From positions 128,001 through 192,000 of the forward strand of contig JAMOPO010000015.1 of the NCBI GenBank assembly GCA_027064425.1: DNA of 64,000 nt. The letters run 5' to 3'. The position numbers and the translations under genes were made by a program. Below are positions 19,462 to 31,284 of this stretch, in pieces; position 1 is the stretch's first letter; every line of letters begins with the position of its first letter. The notes beneath the pieces were generated by a model, which worked only from the letters and a program-made list of their open reading frames with translations, ran no database searches and was not told where the DNA came from. This DNA is from Methanobacteriota archaeon. GTDB lineage: Archaea > JAADCQ01 > Methanopyri > Methanopyrales > Methanopyraceae.

Positions 19462-19517
19462 CACGCCGCGAGGAGACGACGCCAGGATGAGGATGAACCG
19501 ATGAGGGGGTGCGAGTT
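19462..19517 (+). promoter_or_regulatory. rpl7ae 5' leader with K-turn motifs (autoregulation candidate)
   Basis: GGATGA-GGATGAA-CCGATGA-GGGGG directly at the SD; TTATTTATA box at about 19437-19445. Confidence 0.6.
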
Positions 19518-19892
19518 ATGGCTGACAAGCCCATGTACGTGAAGTTCGAGGTGCCCGAGGAGCTCGCCGAGAAGGCCTACGAGGCCCTCGAGATCGCCCG
19601 AGATACCGGCGAGATCCGGAAGGGTACCAACGAGACCACCAAGGCGGTCGAGCGCGAGCAGGCCGTGCTGGTTCTGATCGCCGAGGACGTCGACCCGGAG
19701 GAGGTGGTCGCCCACCTGCCGGAGCTGTGCGACGAGAAGGGCATCCCGTACGTTTACGTGCCCAGCAAGGACGAGCTGGGCGCCGCCGCGGGCATCGACG
19801 TGGCGGCGGCGAGCGCCTGCATCATCGACCCGGGAGAGGCCAAGGACCTGGTCGACGAGATCATCGAGAAGGTCGAGGAGCTCCGGGAGTAA
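19518..19892 (+). CDS. rpl7ae: 50S ribosomal protein L7Ae
   Basis: [23 protein letters not shown]. Confidence 0.98.
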   Translation: MADKPMYVKFEVPEELAEKAYEALEIARDTGEIRKGTNETTKAVEREQAVLVLIAEDVDPEEVVAHLPELCDEKGIPYVYVPSKDELGAAAGIDVAAASACIIDPGEAKDLVDEIIEKVEELRE

Positions 19893-19921
19893 CCGGGAAG
19901 CGCCTCCCTCACGCCCCCGCC

Positions 19922-19948
19922 GAATCGTTAATCATCTCATAACGATCG
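19922..19948. repeat. 27-bp palindromic element, copy 2 (downstream of rpl7ae)
   Basis: GAATCGTTA-ATCATCTCA-TAACGATCG. Confidence 0.8.
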
Positions 19949-19996
19949 CCGCACGCGCTAAGAAGCCTCGCCCCAGGCCCTCCTCGGGGTGCGGGC

Positions 19997-21436
19997 TTGA
20001 CGGAGTACGAGTTCGGCTGCCTGATCGGCGGGGAATGGGTGGAGGGCGAGGAGGAGATCCTCGTCCTCAGCCCCTACGACGACTCGGAGGTCGGTCGCGT
20101 CCTCGTCCCGCGTGAGATCGACGTGGACGGGCTCGTTAAGCACGCCAAGGAGGGGCTGAAAAGCTGGAAGGAGCGCCGAACCTACGAAGTCCGGGAGGCG
20201 CTCGAGGAGGCGGCGCGGCTGGTTAAGAAGCACGAGGAGGAGCTCGCCCGGATCATCGCGCTGGAGGGTGGCAAGCCGATCAGGGACGCCAGGTTCGAGG
20301 TGCGGAGGACGGCGGAGGTCCTCCGGCTGTGCGCGGGAGAGGCCGAGCGGATTTGGGGTGAGACGCTCCCGGGCGACGCTCAGCCCGGCCGCGTCTCCGA
20401 GGCCATCCTCACAGTCCGGGAGCCCGTGGGCGTCGTCCTCTCAATCACCCCGTACAACTTCCCGCTGATGCTCCCCGCGCACAAGCTGGGACCCGCGCTC
20501 GCCGCCCGATGCTCTATCGTGCACAAGCCCGCCACCGAGACGCCACTGTCCTCCCTCAAGCTCGCAGAGCTCCTGCTGGACGCCGGGATCGACGAGAGGG
20601 CGCTCCAGGTCGTGATCGGGCCGGGCCGGGAGCTGGGAGAGCGGTTGGTGAAGGCCGACTTCGATGCGCTCTCCTTCACGGGCAGCCGGGAGGTGGGAGA
20701 GCGGCTGCGCGAGATCTCGCCGATCCCCCGGATGACGCTGGAGCTGGGCGGGAACGATCCGGTCATCGTTGACGAGACCGTGGAGGACGTGGAGAAGGTC
20801 GCCGAGTCAGTCGTTCAGGGGGCGTGCTACCACGCGGGCCAGGTCTGCATCGCCGTGGAGCGGGCCATCGTCGTGGAGGAAGTGTACGACGAGTTCGTGG
20901 AGGCGGCCGCGGAGGCAGCGGAGTCCCTGAAGGTGGGGGACCCGCTGGACGAGGACACGGACGTGGGTCCGCTCATCAACGATCACGCGCTGGAGAAGGT
21001 CCTGAAGCACATCGAGGACGCGGTCAACCGGGGCGCCGAGGTGGTCACGGGCGGCGAGCCCAGGGAGCGCCGGCTGCTCCCGCCCACGGTGCTCTCGGAC
21101 GTGCCCGAGGACTCCCTGATCGCCCGGGAGGAGACGTTCGGCCCCGTCCTCCCGGTGATCCGGGTGAGGGACTTCGACGAGGCGCTCCGGGTGGCTAACG
21201 CGACCGAGTACGGGCTCCACGCGGCCGTGTTCACGAACCGGTTGGACCGGGCGGTCAGGGCCGCGAGGGAGCTCGAGGCGGGCGGGATCATCGTCAACGA
21301 GCTGACCATCTACCGGGCCGACTACATGCCGTTCGGCGGCGTGAAGGGCAGCGGGGTGGGTCGCGAGGGCGTCCCGTGGGCGGTCCGCGAGTTCACCGAG
21401 GAGAAGACGATCGTGCTGGGAGGGGAGGGCCGGTAG
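19997..21436 (+). CDS. NAD-dependent aldehyde dehydrogenase (lactaldehyde dehydrogenase-like)
   Basis: ITPYNFP, FTGS, LELGGND, GQVCIA, EETFGP. Confidence 0.93.
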   Translation: MTEYEFGCLIGGEWVEGEEEILVLSPYDDSEVGRVLVPREIDVDGLVKHAKEGLKSWKERRTYEVREALEEAARLVKKHEEELARIIALEGGKPIRDARFEVRRTAEVLRLCAGEAERIWGETLPGDAQPGRVSEAILTVREPVGVVLSITPYNFPLMLPAHKLGPALAARCSIVHKPATETPLSSLKLAELLLDAGIDERALQVVIGPGRELGERLVKADFDALSFTGSREVGERLREISPIPRMTLELGGNDPVIVDETVEDVEKVAESVVQGACYHAGQVCIAVERAIVVEEVYDEFVEAAAEAAESLKVGDPLDEDTDVGPLINDHALEKVLKHIEDAVNRGAEVVTGGEPRERRLLPPTVLSDVPEDSLIAREETFGPVLPVIRVRDFDEALRVANATEYGLHAAVFTNRLDRAVRAARELEAGGIIVNELTIYRADYMPFGGVKGSGVGREGVPWAVREFTEEKTIVLGGEGR

Positions 21437-21495
21437 GGGTCGGCAAAGCCGGCCTTACCTCATCCGGCTCGGCCCCAAAGGTCCTCCTCATCCCC
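21436..21495 (-). ncRNA. C/D box sRNA
   Basis: gggg-ATGAGGA-ggacctttgggg-CCGA-gccggATGAGGT-aaggccggctttg-CCGA-cccc. Confidence 0.8.
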
Positions 21496-21559
21496 CCTCC
21501 CGCCGGATCCTGAACGCTTATTTTCGAACCGGTGGGCGGCCCTCCGGGGGACGACCGGC

Positions 21560-23221
21560 TTGCGGAGCGATGAGATCCGGCGCGGGGTGGAGCGCGCGCC
21601 GCACAGGGCGCTGCTCCGCGCGTGCGGGCTCACCGACGAGGAGCTGGAGGGAGACGGCCCGTTCATCGCCGTCGTGAACACCTACTCGGAGGTCATCCCG
21701 GGCCACGTTCACCTGGACAAGGTCGCGGAGGCGGTGAAGGAAGGGATCCGCGCGGCCGGTGGCGTCCCCTTCGAGGTCGAGACGATCGCTCTCTGCGACG
21801 GGATCGCGATGAACACCATCGGGATGAAGTACTCCCTGCCGAGCCGCGAGCTCGTCGCCGACTCCATCGAGACCGTGGTGGAGGGGCACCGGTTCGACGG
21901 CTTCGTCGCGGTCGTGTCCTGCGACAAGATGGTCCCGGGCGCGCTGATGGCCGCGGCCCGGCTGGACCTGCCCGCCGCGGTCGTCACGGGTGGCCCGATG
22001 GAGCCCGGCCGGGTGGACGGGAAAAAGGTGGATCTCATCGACGTGTTCGAGGGCGTCGGAGCGCTGAAGGAGGGGGAGATCACCGAGGAGGAGCTCAAGG
22101 AGCTCGAGCGCAGGGCCTGCCCCGGACCGGGCTCCTGCGCCGGCATGTTCACGGCCAACACGATGGCGTGCATGACCGAGGTGCTAGGCCTCTCCGAGTT
22201 CAACTGCGCGGCGACGCCGGCCACGGAGGCCGAGAAGCTCCGGATCGCGAAGCTCACGGGCATGCGAATCGTGGAGGCGGTTAAAGAGGGAGTCACGGCT
22301 CGAGACGTGCTCACCCGCGAGGCCTTCCTGGACGCGATCCGCGTCGACATGGCGCTGGGTGGCAGCACGAACACCGTGCTCCACCTGCTCGCGATCGCCC
22401 GCGAGGCGGGCGTAGATCTATCCCTCGACGACTTCGACGAGCTCAGCCGGGACACGCCGCACCTCTGCGCGATGCGGCCGGGCGGTCCCTACACCATGCG
22501 CGACCTGTACGAGGCCGGCGGCGTACCCGCCGTGATGAAGGAGCTGTCGGACGACCTTCACCTCGACCGACCGGACTACTCCGGCCGCCCGATGCGAGAG
22601 CGCGTCGAGCGCGCCGAGATCAGGGACCGGGACGTCGTCCGGCCGAAGAGCGACCCGGTCGAGGAGGAGGGCGGGCTCCGAATCCTCTACGGGAACCTGG
22701 CGCCCAAGGGTGCCGTGATCAAGACGGCCGCGCTGTCCAAGGACATGTACGAGCACGAGGGCCCGGCCGTCGTCTTCGACTCCGAGGAGGAGGCTACCGA
22801 GGCGATCCTGGGCGGTGAGGTGGATCCCGGTGACGTCGTGGTGATCCGCTACGAGGGTCCGGCCGGTGGACCGGGAATGCGTGAGATGCTGACCCCAACC
22901 TCCGCCCTGTGCGGGATGGGGCTGGACGACTCGGTGGCGCTGGTCACGGACGGTCGGTTCTCGGGTGGGACCAGGGGCCCGTGCATCGGGCACGTGTCGC
23001 CCGAAGCCTACCGTGGCGGGCCGATCGCGGTCGTGGAGGATGGCGACACCATCCGCATCGACGTTCGCAAGCGAAAGCTGGAGGTCGACCTGGAGGAAGA
23101 GGAGCTGAAGGCGCGGCTCGAGGAGTGGGAGCCGCCGGAGGACGAGGAGGAGCTCTCCGGGTACCTTAGGCGCTACCGGGAGCTGGTCCGAGGCGCGGAC
23201 GAAGGGGCCGTGCTCCGGTGA
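21560..23221 (+). CDS. ilvD: Dihydroxy-acid dehydratase
   Basis: [35 protein letters not shown]. Confidence 0.97.
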   Translation: MRSDEIRRGVERAPHRALLRACGLTDEELEGDGPFIAVVNTYSEVIPGHVHLDKVAEAVKEGIRAAGGVPFEVETIALCDGIAMNTIGMKYSLPSRELVADSIETVVEGHRFDGFVAVVSCDKMVPGALMAAARLDLPAAVVTGGPMEPGRVDGKKVDLIDVFEGVGALKEGEITEEELKELERRACPGPGSCAGMFTANTMACMTEVLGLSEFNCAATPATEAEKLRIAKLTGMRIVEAVKEGVTARDVLTREAFLDAIRVDMALGGSTNTVLHLLAIAREAGVDLSLDDFDELSRDTPHLCAMRPGGPYTMRDLYEAGGVPAVMKELSDDLHLDRPDYSGRPMRERVERAEIRDRDVVRPKSDPVEEEGGLRILYGNLAPKGAVIKTAALSKDMYEHEGPAVVFDSEEEATEAILGGEVDPGDVVVIRYEGPAGGPGMREMLTPTSALCGMGLDDSVALVTDGRFSGGTRGPCIGHVSPEAYRGGPIAVVEDGDTIRIDVRKRKLEVDLEEEELKARLEEWEPPEDEEELSGYLRRYRELVRGADEGAVLR

Positions 23222-23811
23222 CCCTCGGGGAGCGCACCGAGCGGGGTCGTCGGATCGCCGAGCGGAGCCTGGACCGATGGACCGAGCGGCTGGGTGAGCC
23301 GAAGGACCTCGAGGACCTCCTCGCCCTCCGCCTCACCCACGCTACCTGGGACCCGTTCATCGCCGAGACGCTCCGGGTGGTGCCCTCCGAGAGGGAGGTG
23401 GTCCGAGGGATCCGGCGAGCGGAGCTGGTGGCGGTCGACGTGAGGATGGTGGCGGCCGGGATCCGGCGCTCGCTGGACCGGCTTGGACTAGAGGCCCGAG
23501 TGGCCTCCGAGGAGGGGGCCGAAAGCGGCGGCGACACGGTCACTGGGGACGGCATGCGTCGGATCCTGGAGGAGCACGAGAACGTCGCCGTGGTCGTGGG
23601 TAACGCGCCAACGGCCGCTGAGAAGGTGGGAGAGTACCGGGACTCCGTGAGCGTGGCGCTGCTCTTCCCCGTGGGCCTCGGCTCGGTGGAGGTGAAGTTC
23701 GAGGGGCTGGACTGGGGAATCCCGCTGGTCACGAACCTCTCCGTGCGCGGCGGTACGCCCTTGGCCGTCGCGGCCTTCAACGCCCTGGTCGACTACGCGC
23801 TCGAGAGCTGA
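23218..23811 (+). CDS. cbiC: Precorrin-8X methylmutase-like (CbiC/CobH)
   Basis: [33 protein letters not shown]. Confidence 0.75.
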   Translation: MTLGERTERGRRIAERSLDRWTERLGEPKDLEDLLALRLTHATWDPFIAETLRVVPSEREVVRGIRRAELVAVDVRMVAAGIRRSLDRLGLEARVASEEGAESGGDTVTGDGMRRILEEHENVAVVVGNAPTAAEKVGEYRDSVSVALLFPVGLGSVEVKFEGLDWGIPLVTNLSVRGGTPLAVAAFNALVDYALES

Positions 23812-24284
23812 GATCGGAGCTCTCTGTCGGCCTCCTTCACCTCCTCTCGCAGCTTTTCAGAGTACTCCTCCAGGAACTTTTTCACCTTCTCATCTTCCAG
23901 CGCCAGGATCCGTAGGGCCAGCAGCGCGGCGTTCTCACCCCGGTCGACGCCCACGGTGGCCACCGGTACCCCGGGCGGCATCTGCACCGAGGACAGCAGC
24001 GCGTCCATGCCCGACAGTTTCGCGTCCACGGGCACGGCGATCACGGGCTTGTTCGTCTTGGCCGCGATCACGCCCGGCAGGTGCGCCGCCAGCCCGGCTA
24101 TCGCGATGTACACCTTCACCTCCTCGTCGTGGTCCTCGATGATCTTCTCCAGGTACTCAGGTGACCGGTGGGCCGAGGCCACCCGAACCTCGTAGCTGAC
24201 GCCCGCCTCCTCCAGCACCTTCACCGCCTTCTCCGCCACGTCCCGGTCGCTCGGGCTGCCCAGGATGATGAGCACGTCCACCAT
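23793..24284 (-). CDS. purE: N5-CAIR mutase
   Basis: [28 protein letters not shown]. Confidence 0.97.
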   Translation of the reverse strand: MVDVLIILGSPSDRDVAEKAVKVLEEAGVSYEVRVASAHRSPEYLEKIIEDHDEEVKVYIAIAGLAAHLPGVIAAKTNKPVIAVPVDAKLSGMDALLSSVQMPPGVPVATVGVDRGENAALLALRILALEDEKVKKFLEEYSEKLREEVKEADRELRSQLSSA

Positions 24285-24297
24285 CCGCCGCGACCCC

Positions 24298-24846
24298 TCA
24301 CACGCTCGTGAGCATCTTCAGCACCTTCGGACCCAGGTAGTGAGCGATCGCTGACTTGACCGTCTCGGACTGTGCCACGTACCCCAGGAAGAGGAACCGA
24401 AGGAACCTGCCGGTGACGACCGCGCTCACGAACAGTCGCAGGTCCATCTCAACCAGTCCCGCGCCAATCGTGAACGGCTTGAACGGGATGAACTGGAGAA
24501 GGCCCGCGAGGAAGACGGCCGCCCAGGCGGTGAGCCAGTGCTCCGTCAGCCTTCGCTCCGCCTTGATCAGCACCGCTTCGCCGACGAGCTTGAGGGCGAT
24601 GGGTCGGCCGCCGTAGTAACCGATGGCGTAGCCGAGGAGGCTGCCGGCGATGGACGCGAGCGCGACCAGGCCCGCTAGCGTCCACGGGTCCATCTTCAGC
24701 GCGTACGGGAACACGAACGGTTCCGGCGGTACCGGCAGCACGCTGCACTCCAACGCCGTGATCAACAGCATCCCCGGCAGCCCTACCGCCCGCTCGAACT
24801 CCATGAAGTAGGCGATGAGTTGCTCGGAGAGGCCCAGCGACCCCAC
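24298..24846 (-). CDS. DedA/YqaA (VTT domain) membrane protein
   Basis: [35 protein letters not shown]. Confidence 0.88.
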   Translation of the reverse strand: MGSLGLSEQLIAYFMEFERAVGLPGMLLITALECSVLPVPPEPFVFPYALKMDPWTLAGLVALASIAGSLLGYAIGYYGGRPIALKLVGEAVLIKAERRLTEHWLTAWAAVFLAGLLQFIPFKPFTIGAGLVEMDLRLFVSAVVTGRFLRFLFLGYVAQSETVKSAIAHYLGPKVLKMLTSV

Positions 24847-24850
24847 TCGA

Positions 24851-26101
24851 TCACGCCCCGAACTTCTCGATCAGGTCGGCTAGATCCCGCAGTACATCCA
24901 GCAGACGCATGCCGGAGAACCTGCCCAGGCACCCTCGAGCCACGGAGATCTCGTCGAATCGGTCGACCTCGTCCCGCCGGGCGTCCTCCGTCCAGATCGC
25001 TACCGGCACGGGATCCGCCGTGTGGTCACCCACGGTCACGGGGGTCGTGTGGTCCGCGGTCAGGCACACGACGGTCTCGCCCGGGTCCACCTCGTCCAGT
25101 ATCCGACCCACCAGGTCCCGGTCCATTCTCTCCAACATCTCCACCTTGCCCTCGAAGTCACCGTCGTGGCCCATCTCGTCCACCGCGTTGAAGTTAACGA
25201 GCACGAGGTCATGGTCCTCCAGGCACTCAAGAGCCAGCTCCGCCTTCCTGCGGAGATCCGTGTCCCTCCGTCCCGTGATCCGCTCGTCCTCCGGCACCGT
25301 CATGCCCAGCATCCGACCGATCCCCTTGATCAAGGAGGCGCCCGCCACCACGGCGCCGCTGACGTCGTACCGCTCCTCGAACTCCTCCACCTCCCTCAGC
25401 TGTCCGGCTCCCCGCGGCAGGATCGCGTTCGCGGGCGGCTCACCCCGCTCCCGCCGCTCCTCGTTGATAGGGTGCTCCTCCAGCACCTCATGCGCCTGCC
25501 GGACGAACTCGTTGACGATCTCGGCCGTCCTCTCGGCCGCGGGGTCGCTCGAGGTCGGTTTCACCTTCTTCACCGGCCGGCCCGGCCGCTTGGGATCGGC
25601 GTCGGTCACGTCCGCGGACAGGTCCTCGCCGCGAAGGACCAGCACGGCCCGGTGCCCCACCGCCTCCCGAAACTCGAACTCGACCGGCAGGTCGACCTCC
25701 TCGTTGACCGCCTCGGCCAGCTCGGGCGTTCCCTCGTCCTCGCTGATCCTCCCGGCCCTCCGGTCCTCGACGATCAGCTCACCGTTCTCCTCACGCACCG
25801 TCGCGAAGTTGCACCGGAACGCCACGTCTCCCGGTCTGACCTCCACCCCAGCACCCAGGGCCTCGAGAGGGCCACGCCCGGGGTACACCTCGAACGGGTC
25901 GTACCCCAGCAGGGCCAGGTGGGCGGTGTCGCTGCCCGGTCGAACCCCGGCCCTGATCGGGTCCATCAGGCCCGTCGACCCGCGCCGAGCGAGCTCATCC
26001 ATGTTCGGGACGTCCGCGGCCTGCAGCGGCGTCTCGCCTCGGTCCGGGTCGAACCGGTCGGCCATCCCGTCACCCACGATCAGCACGATCTTCCTGCCCA
26101 A
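24851..26101 (-). CDS. apgM: 2,3-bisphosphoglycerate-independent phosphoglycerate mutase
   Basis: GDGMAD, PGSDTAH, GRGPLEA, GHDGD, TADHTTP. Confidence 0.95.
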   Translation of the reverse strand: MGRKIVLIVGDGMADRFDPDRGETPLQAADVPNMDELARRGSTGLMDPIRAGVRPGSDTAHLALLGYDPFEVYPGRGPLEALGAGVEVRPGDVAFRCNFATVREENGELIVEDRRAGRISEDEGTPELAEAVNEEVDLPVEFEFREAVGHRAVLVLRGEDLSADVTDADPKRPGRPVKKVKPTSSDPAAERTAEIVNEFVRQAHEVLEEHPINEERRERGEPPANAILPRGAGQLREVEEFEERYDVSGAVVAGASLIKGIGRMLGMTVPEDERITGRRDTDLRRKAELALECLEDHDLVLVNFNAVDEMGHDGDFEGKVEMLERMDRDLVGRILDEVDPGETVVCLTADHTTPVTVGDHTADPVPVAIWTEDARRDEVDRFDEISVARGCLGRFSGMRLLDVLRDLADLIEKFGA

Positions 26102-26111
26102 GTCGCGACCA

Positions 26112-26179
26112 CCCTCAGCCGCTCCCGTGGTCGTCACGGAGGCCCTCCACTCTCGGCGTGCTGTATTCACATCATCGGG
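26112..26179 (-). ncRNA. C/D box sRNA
   Basis: ccc-gATGATGT-gaatacagcacg-CCGA...gTGACGA-ccacgggagcgg-CTGA-ggg. Confidence 0.75.
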
Positions 26180-26204
26180 CGCGTCGGAACCAGCTTACTA
26201 GTTA

Positions 26205-26942
26205 TTAACGGATGACCGTCAGGTCCGGCGGCGGGACGAACTCCACCTCCACCTCGAACTCGCTCCGAACCCGACGAGCCAGCTCCTGCATCCCCGGGAT
26301 CTCGCTGTACTCGTGACCCAGCTCCACCACGGTCACGCCCAGCTCCAGAAGCTCCGCACGGGTGTGGTACTTCACCTCGCCCGAGATCACGGCGTCGACG
26401 TCATCCGCCTCGTCCACCACCTCGCTCGGGGCCGACCCGGGGACCACCAGGACCGTTCGGACGTCTTCCCAGTCCCCGTAGACCGTGGTCAGGGGAGAGA
26501 AGTTCCGGAGCGCGTTGAGCAGCTCGTCCGACGGGCCCCGAACCTCGCACACGCGGCCGAGCTCGTCGCAGGCCGTGTCCACGACGCGCAGGTTCAACCG
26601 GCGGGCCAGGGAGTCGGCGACGCCCCCCTCCGCCCGGTCCCAGTTCGTGTGGGCGGCGTAGAACGTGGCGTCCGCCTCCAGCACCCGGCGCAGCACGGTG
26701 TAGGTTCGGCCCGTGATCCTCCTCGGCGGCTTCAGGAACATCGGATGGTGCGTGATCGCGAGCTCCGCCTCCCTTGCCTCGTCGACGACGTGCGCCACGT
26801 CGAGGCCCACCACAACCCGGTCGACCTCCCGAGAGAGACCGTCCGGGGGCGCCACCTGAACCCCTGGGTTGTCCCAGTCCTCCGCGAGGTCCGGCGGCGC
26901 GAGCTCCTCCACGAACTCCAGGACCTCCTCGACCGTGGGCAC
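26205..26942 (-). CDS. Nif3/DUF34 dinuclear metal-binding protein
   Basis: AEDWDNPG, THHP, AHTNWD, GEVKYH, GHEYSE. Confidence 0.92.
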   Translation of the reverse strand: MPTVEEVLEFVEELAPPDLAEDWDNPGVQVAPPDGLSREVDRVVVGLDVAHVVDEAREAELAITHHPMFLKPPRRITGRTYTVLRRVLEADATFYAAHTNWDRAEGGVADSLARRLNLRVVDTACDELGRVCEVRGPSDELLNALRNFSPLTTVYGDWEDVRTVLVVPGSAPSEVVDEADDVDAVISGEVKYHTRAELLELGVTVVELGHEYSEIPGMQELARRVRSEFEVEVEFVPPPDLTVIR

Positions 26943-27014
26943 GGGACGCTCCCCGGGCGGGGCCCGGGAGAGGTTATTCAAACATCTCCCGCGGGGCGCT
27001 CCGGGGGGAGCCCG

Positions 27015-29286
<2,272 letters not shown>

Positions 29287-29312
29287 TTAAAGGTTTGTTG
29301 GGGGGAGAGGGG

Positions 29313-29882
29313 TCAGGACTCGCCCCGCTCCTCACGAGCCCTCTCCGCCCTCTTTTCTAACTCTTCCGCCCACTCGGCGAGCCTGTCCGCGAGCTCCTCC
29401 AGCTTCTCCTTAAAGGCGCTGTAGTAATCCTTCGCGGCCTTGACTAGGAACAGTCCTCCCGCACCGAGCCCAACCACCAGCACGAGGATGCTCAGCAGGG
29501 CGCCCAGGCCCGGCAGGGAGACGACCAGTGGCGACAGCATCACCGCCGCCAGGACGGCGATAATGCCAAGAATCAGGTTGTACGTCGCGGTGCGAACGCT
29601 CTCCTCGCGCTGCCCGAGCACCAGCTCCGAGACGAGATCAGAGGCGGCCTCCGCGATGGGCTTCAGGTGCCTCACCACCTGGTACAGGAAGTAGAAGAGC
29701 AGCAGTACCACGCCGATGGTCACGAGGGTGTTCACCGGGACGCCTATTCCCGGCAGCGCTGATCCCAGGGAGGACAGCATCGGGACGATCAGCTGCGCGA
29801 GCACCACGGTCAGCGCGGCGCCCAGCCCGTTGGTGAGGACCGGGACCGCGTGCTCCCGGATCTCGTCCGCGAGCTCGCCCAA
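29313..29882 (-). CDS. Hypothetical 4-TM membrane protein
   Basis: Four hydrophobic segments and a charged tail. Confidence 0.75.
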   Translation of the reverse strand: MGELADEIREHAVPVLTNGLGAALTVVLAQLIVPMLSSLGSALPGIGVPVNTLVTIGVVLLLFYFLYQVVRHLKPIAEAASDLVSELVLGQREESVRTATYNLILGIIAVLAAVMLSPLVVSLPGLGALLSILVLVVGLGAGGLFLVKAAKDYYSAFKEKLEELADRLAEWAEELEKRAERAREERGES

Positions 29883-29934
29883 CCCCGAACACCCCTAGCC
29901 CCCGACCGCCGCGGAGTAAATAAAGTGGTCGATT

Positions 29935-30648
29935 TCATGCCAGCGCCTCGACGAGCTCCCGGACCAGGTGGCTGCGAACCGTCCCGCTGTCCCGGTCGTT
30001 ACCCTCGCACGCGGCGCCCCGAACGCCCACGATGTCCGCCCCAAGCTCCTTGACCTTGGGCATGTCCTCCCGCTTGAGGGAGCCCGCCAGCGCCACCTCC
30101 AGCCCGTGCTCGTGGGCCAGATCCACGAACTCGCCCACCTCCTCCTCGCTCATGAAGTCGAACAGACCCTTACCGTCCTTGACCGCCGTATCCACCATCG
30201 CCACGTCGCACTCGGACTCCGCCGCCACCTCCGGCACGCTCATCGGGTCCAGGCTGCCGACCCGGTGCGCGTCCGCGTAGCCCGCCGCCACGACCCGCGT
30301 GGAGTACCCGAACTCCCGCACGGCCCGGGAGCAGGCCCGCATGACTTCAACGGCCTCTTCCTCCGTCTTCACCCCGTAGAGCCCGACCTTCGCGTAGTCC
30401 ACGCCGATGGAGGCGACCCCGAGCACGGCCTGAGCCACCGTTCCCGGCTTGTACGGCACGTCGCCTACGGTGGCGCTGACCTCGCGGTCCTCCGGCACGA
30501 CCTCCAGGATCTCCCGGATGATCCAGGGCATGTTGGCCCCGAGCGAGCCCTCCTTCGGGTTTTTCACATCGATAATGTGAGCGCCTCCCTCCACGGCCTC
30601 GATGGCCTCGTCCCGGTCAACGGGGCTCACTAATAGCCTCGGGCGCAT
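29935..30648 (-). CDS. mfnB: (5-formylfuran-3-yl)methyl phosphate synthase (methanofuran biosynthesis)
   Basis: IIDVKNPKEGSLGAN, DTAVKDG, ALAGSL, GVRGAAC. Confidence 0.93.
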   Translation of the reverse strand: MRPRLLVSPVDRDEAIEAVEGGAHIIDVKNPKEGSLGANMPWIIREILEVVPEDREVSATVGDVPYKPGTVAQAVLGVASIGVDYAKVGLYGVKTEEEAVEVMRACSRAVREFGYSTRVVAAGYADAHRVGSLDPMSVPEVAAESECDVAMVDTAVKDGKGLFDFMSEEEVGEFVDLAHEHGLEVALAGSLKREDMPKVKELGADIVGVRGAACEGNDRDSGTVRSHLVRELVEALA

Positions 30649-30729
30649 CGGGCCGGCCCCGGCCCGGTCCGGAGGTTCACCCTAAATAGCTCCTTTGGGA
30701 CGGCCGAGCTCGAACCAGGGGTTGACGCC

Positions 30730-31284
30730 TTGAAGCGTGCCGCGGTAGCGGCCCTGCTGCTCTGCACCGCCCCCGCCGAGGCCCAGGTCCTGACGCCGGA
30801 GGACGTCGCCAAGCTTCCTTACAGCCACCCGGTGATCGTGGACTGCGTCATCGGCCCCGCCGAGGCTGAGTCCCCAGGGGACTACGCGAGGATCGTGTGG
30901 GTGGACCCCATCACCCACGAGCGCCACGTCCGTGACAAGGTCCGGATACACGTCTCCGGGCCCGCGCTCCTGAACGTGGCCGTCGCCTCCCCGCGCCGAG
31001 CCGGCCGCTGCGACCTCTCCGTGGTGCTCGACGGGAGGACGATCCTGCAGCGGAGCCTGACCCTCGATCCCAACTCGGTGCTGCAGGAGTCCGTGGAGCT
31101 CCCGCTGAAGGCGGGCGTCCATTACCTGCAGATCGAGCTCGCGTCCCCGGATGGGGGCGACCACGTCTCCTGCCGGCTCGAGGTGGTGTGGATCGGCGGG
31201 AACAGCGGTAGCGGCCACGCGCCCCTAACCACCGAGGTACTCGCGCTGGGGACGCTGCTGGCATGTCTAAGGAGACGATGGTGA
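30730..31284 (+). CDS. Secreted/surface protein with C-terminal TM anchor and basic tail
   Basis: Signal peptide MKRAAVAALLLCTAPAEA; ends ...LALGTLLACLRRRW. Confidence 0.7.
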   Translation: MKRAAVAALLLCTAPAEAQVLTPEDVAKLPYSHPVIVDCVIGPAEAESPGDYARIVWVDPITHERHVRDKVRIHVSGPALLNVAVASPRRAGRCDLSVVLDGRTILQRSLTLDPNSVLQESVELPLKAGVHYLQIELASPDGGDHVSCRLEVVWIGGNSGSGHAPLTTEVLALGTLLACLRRRW

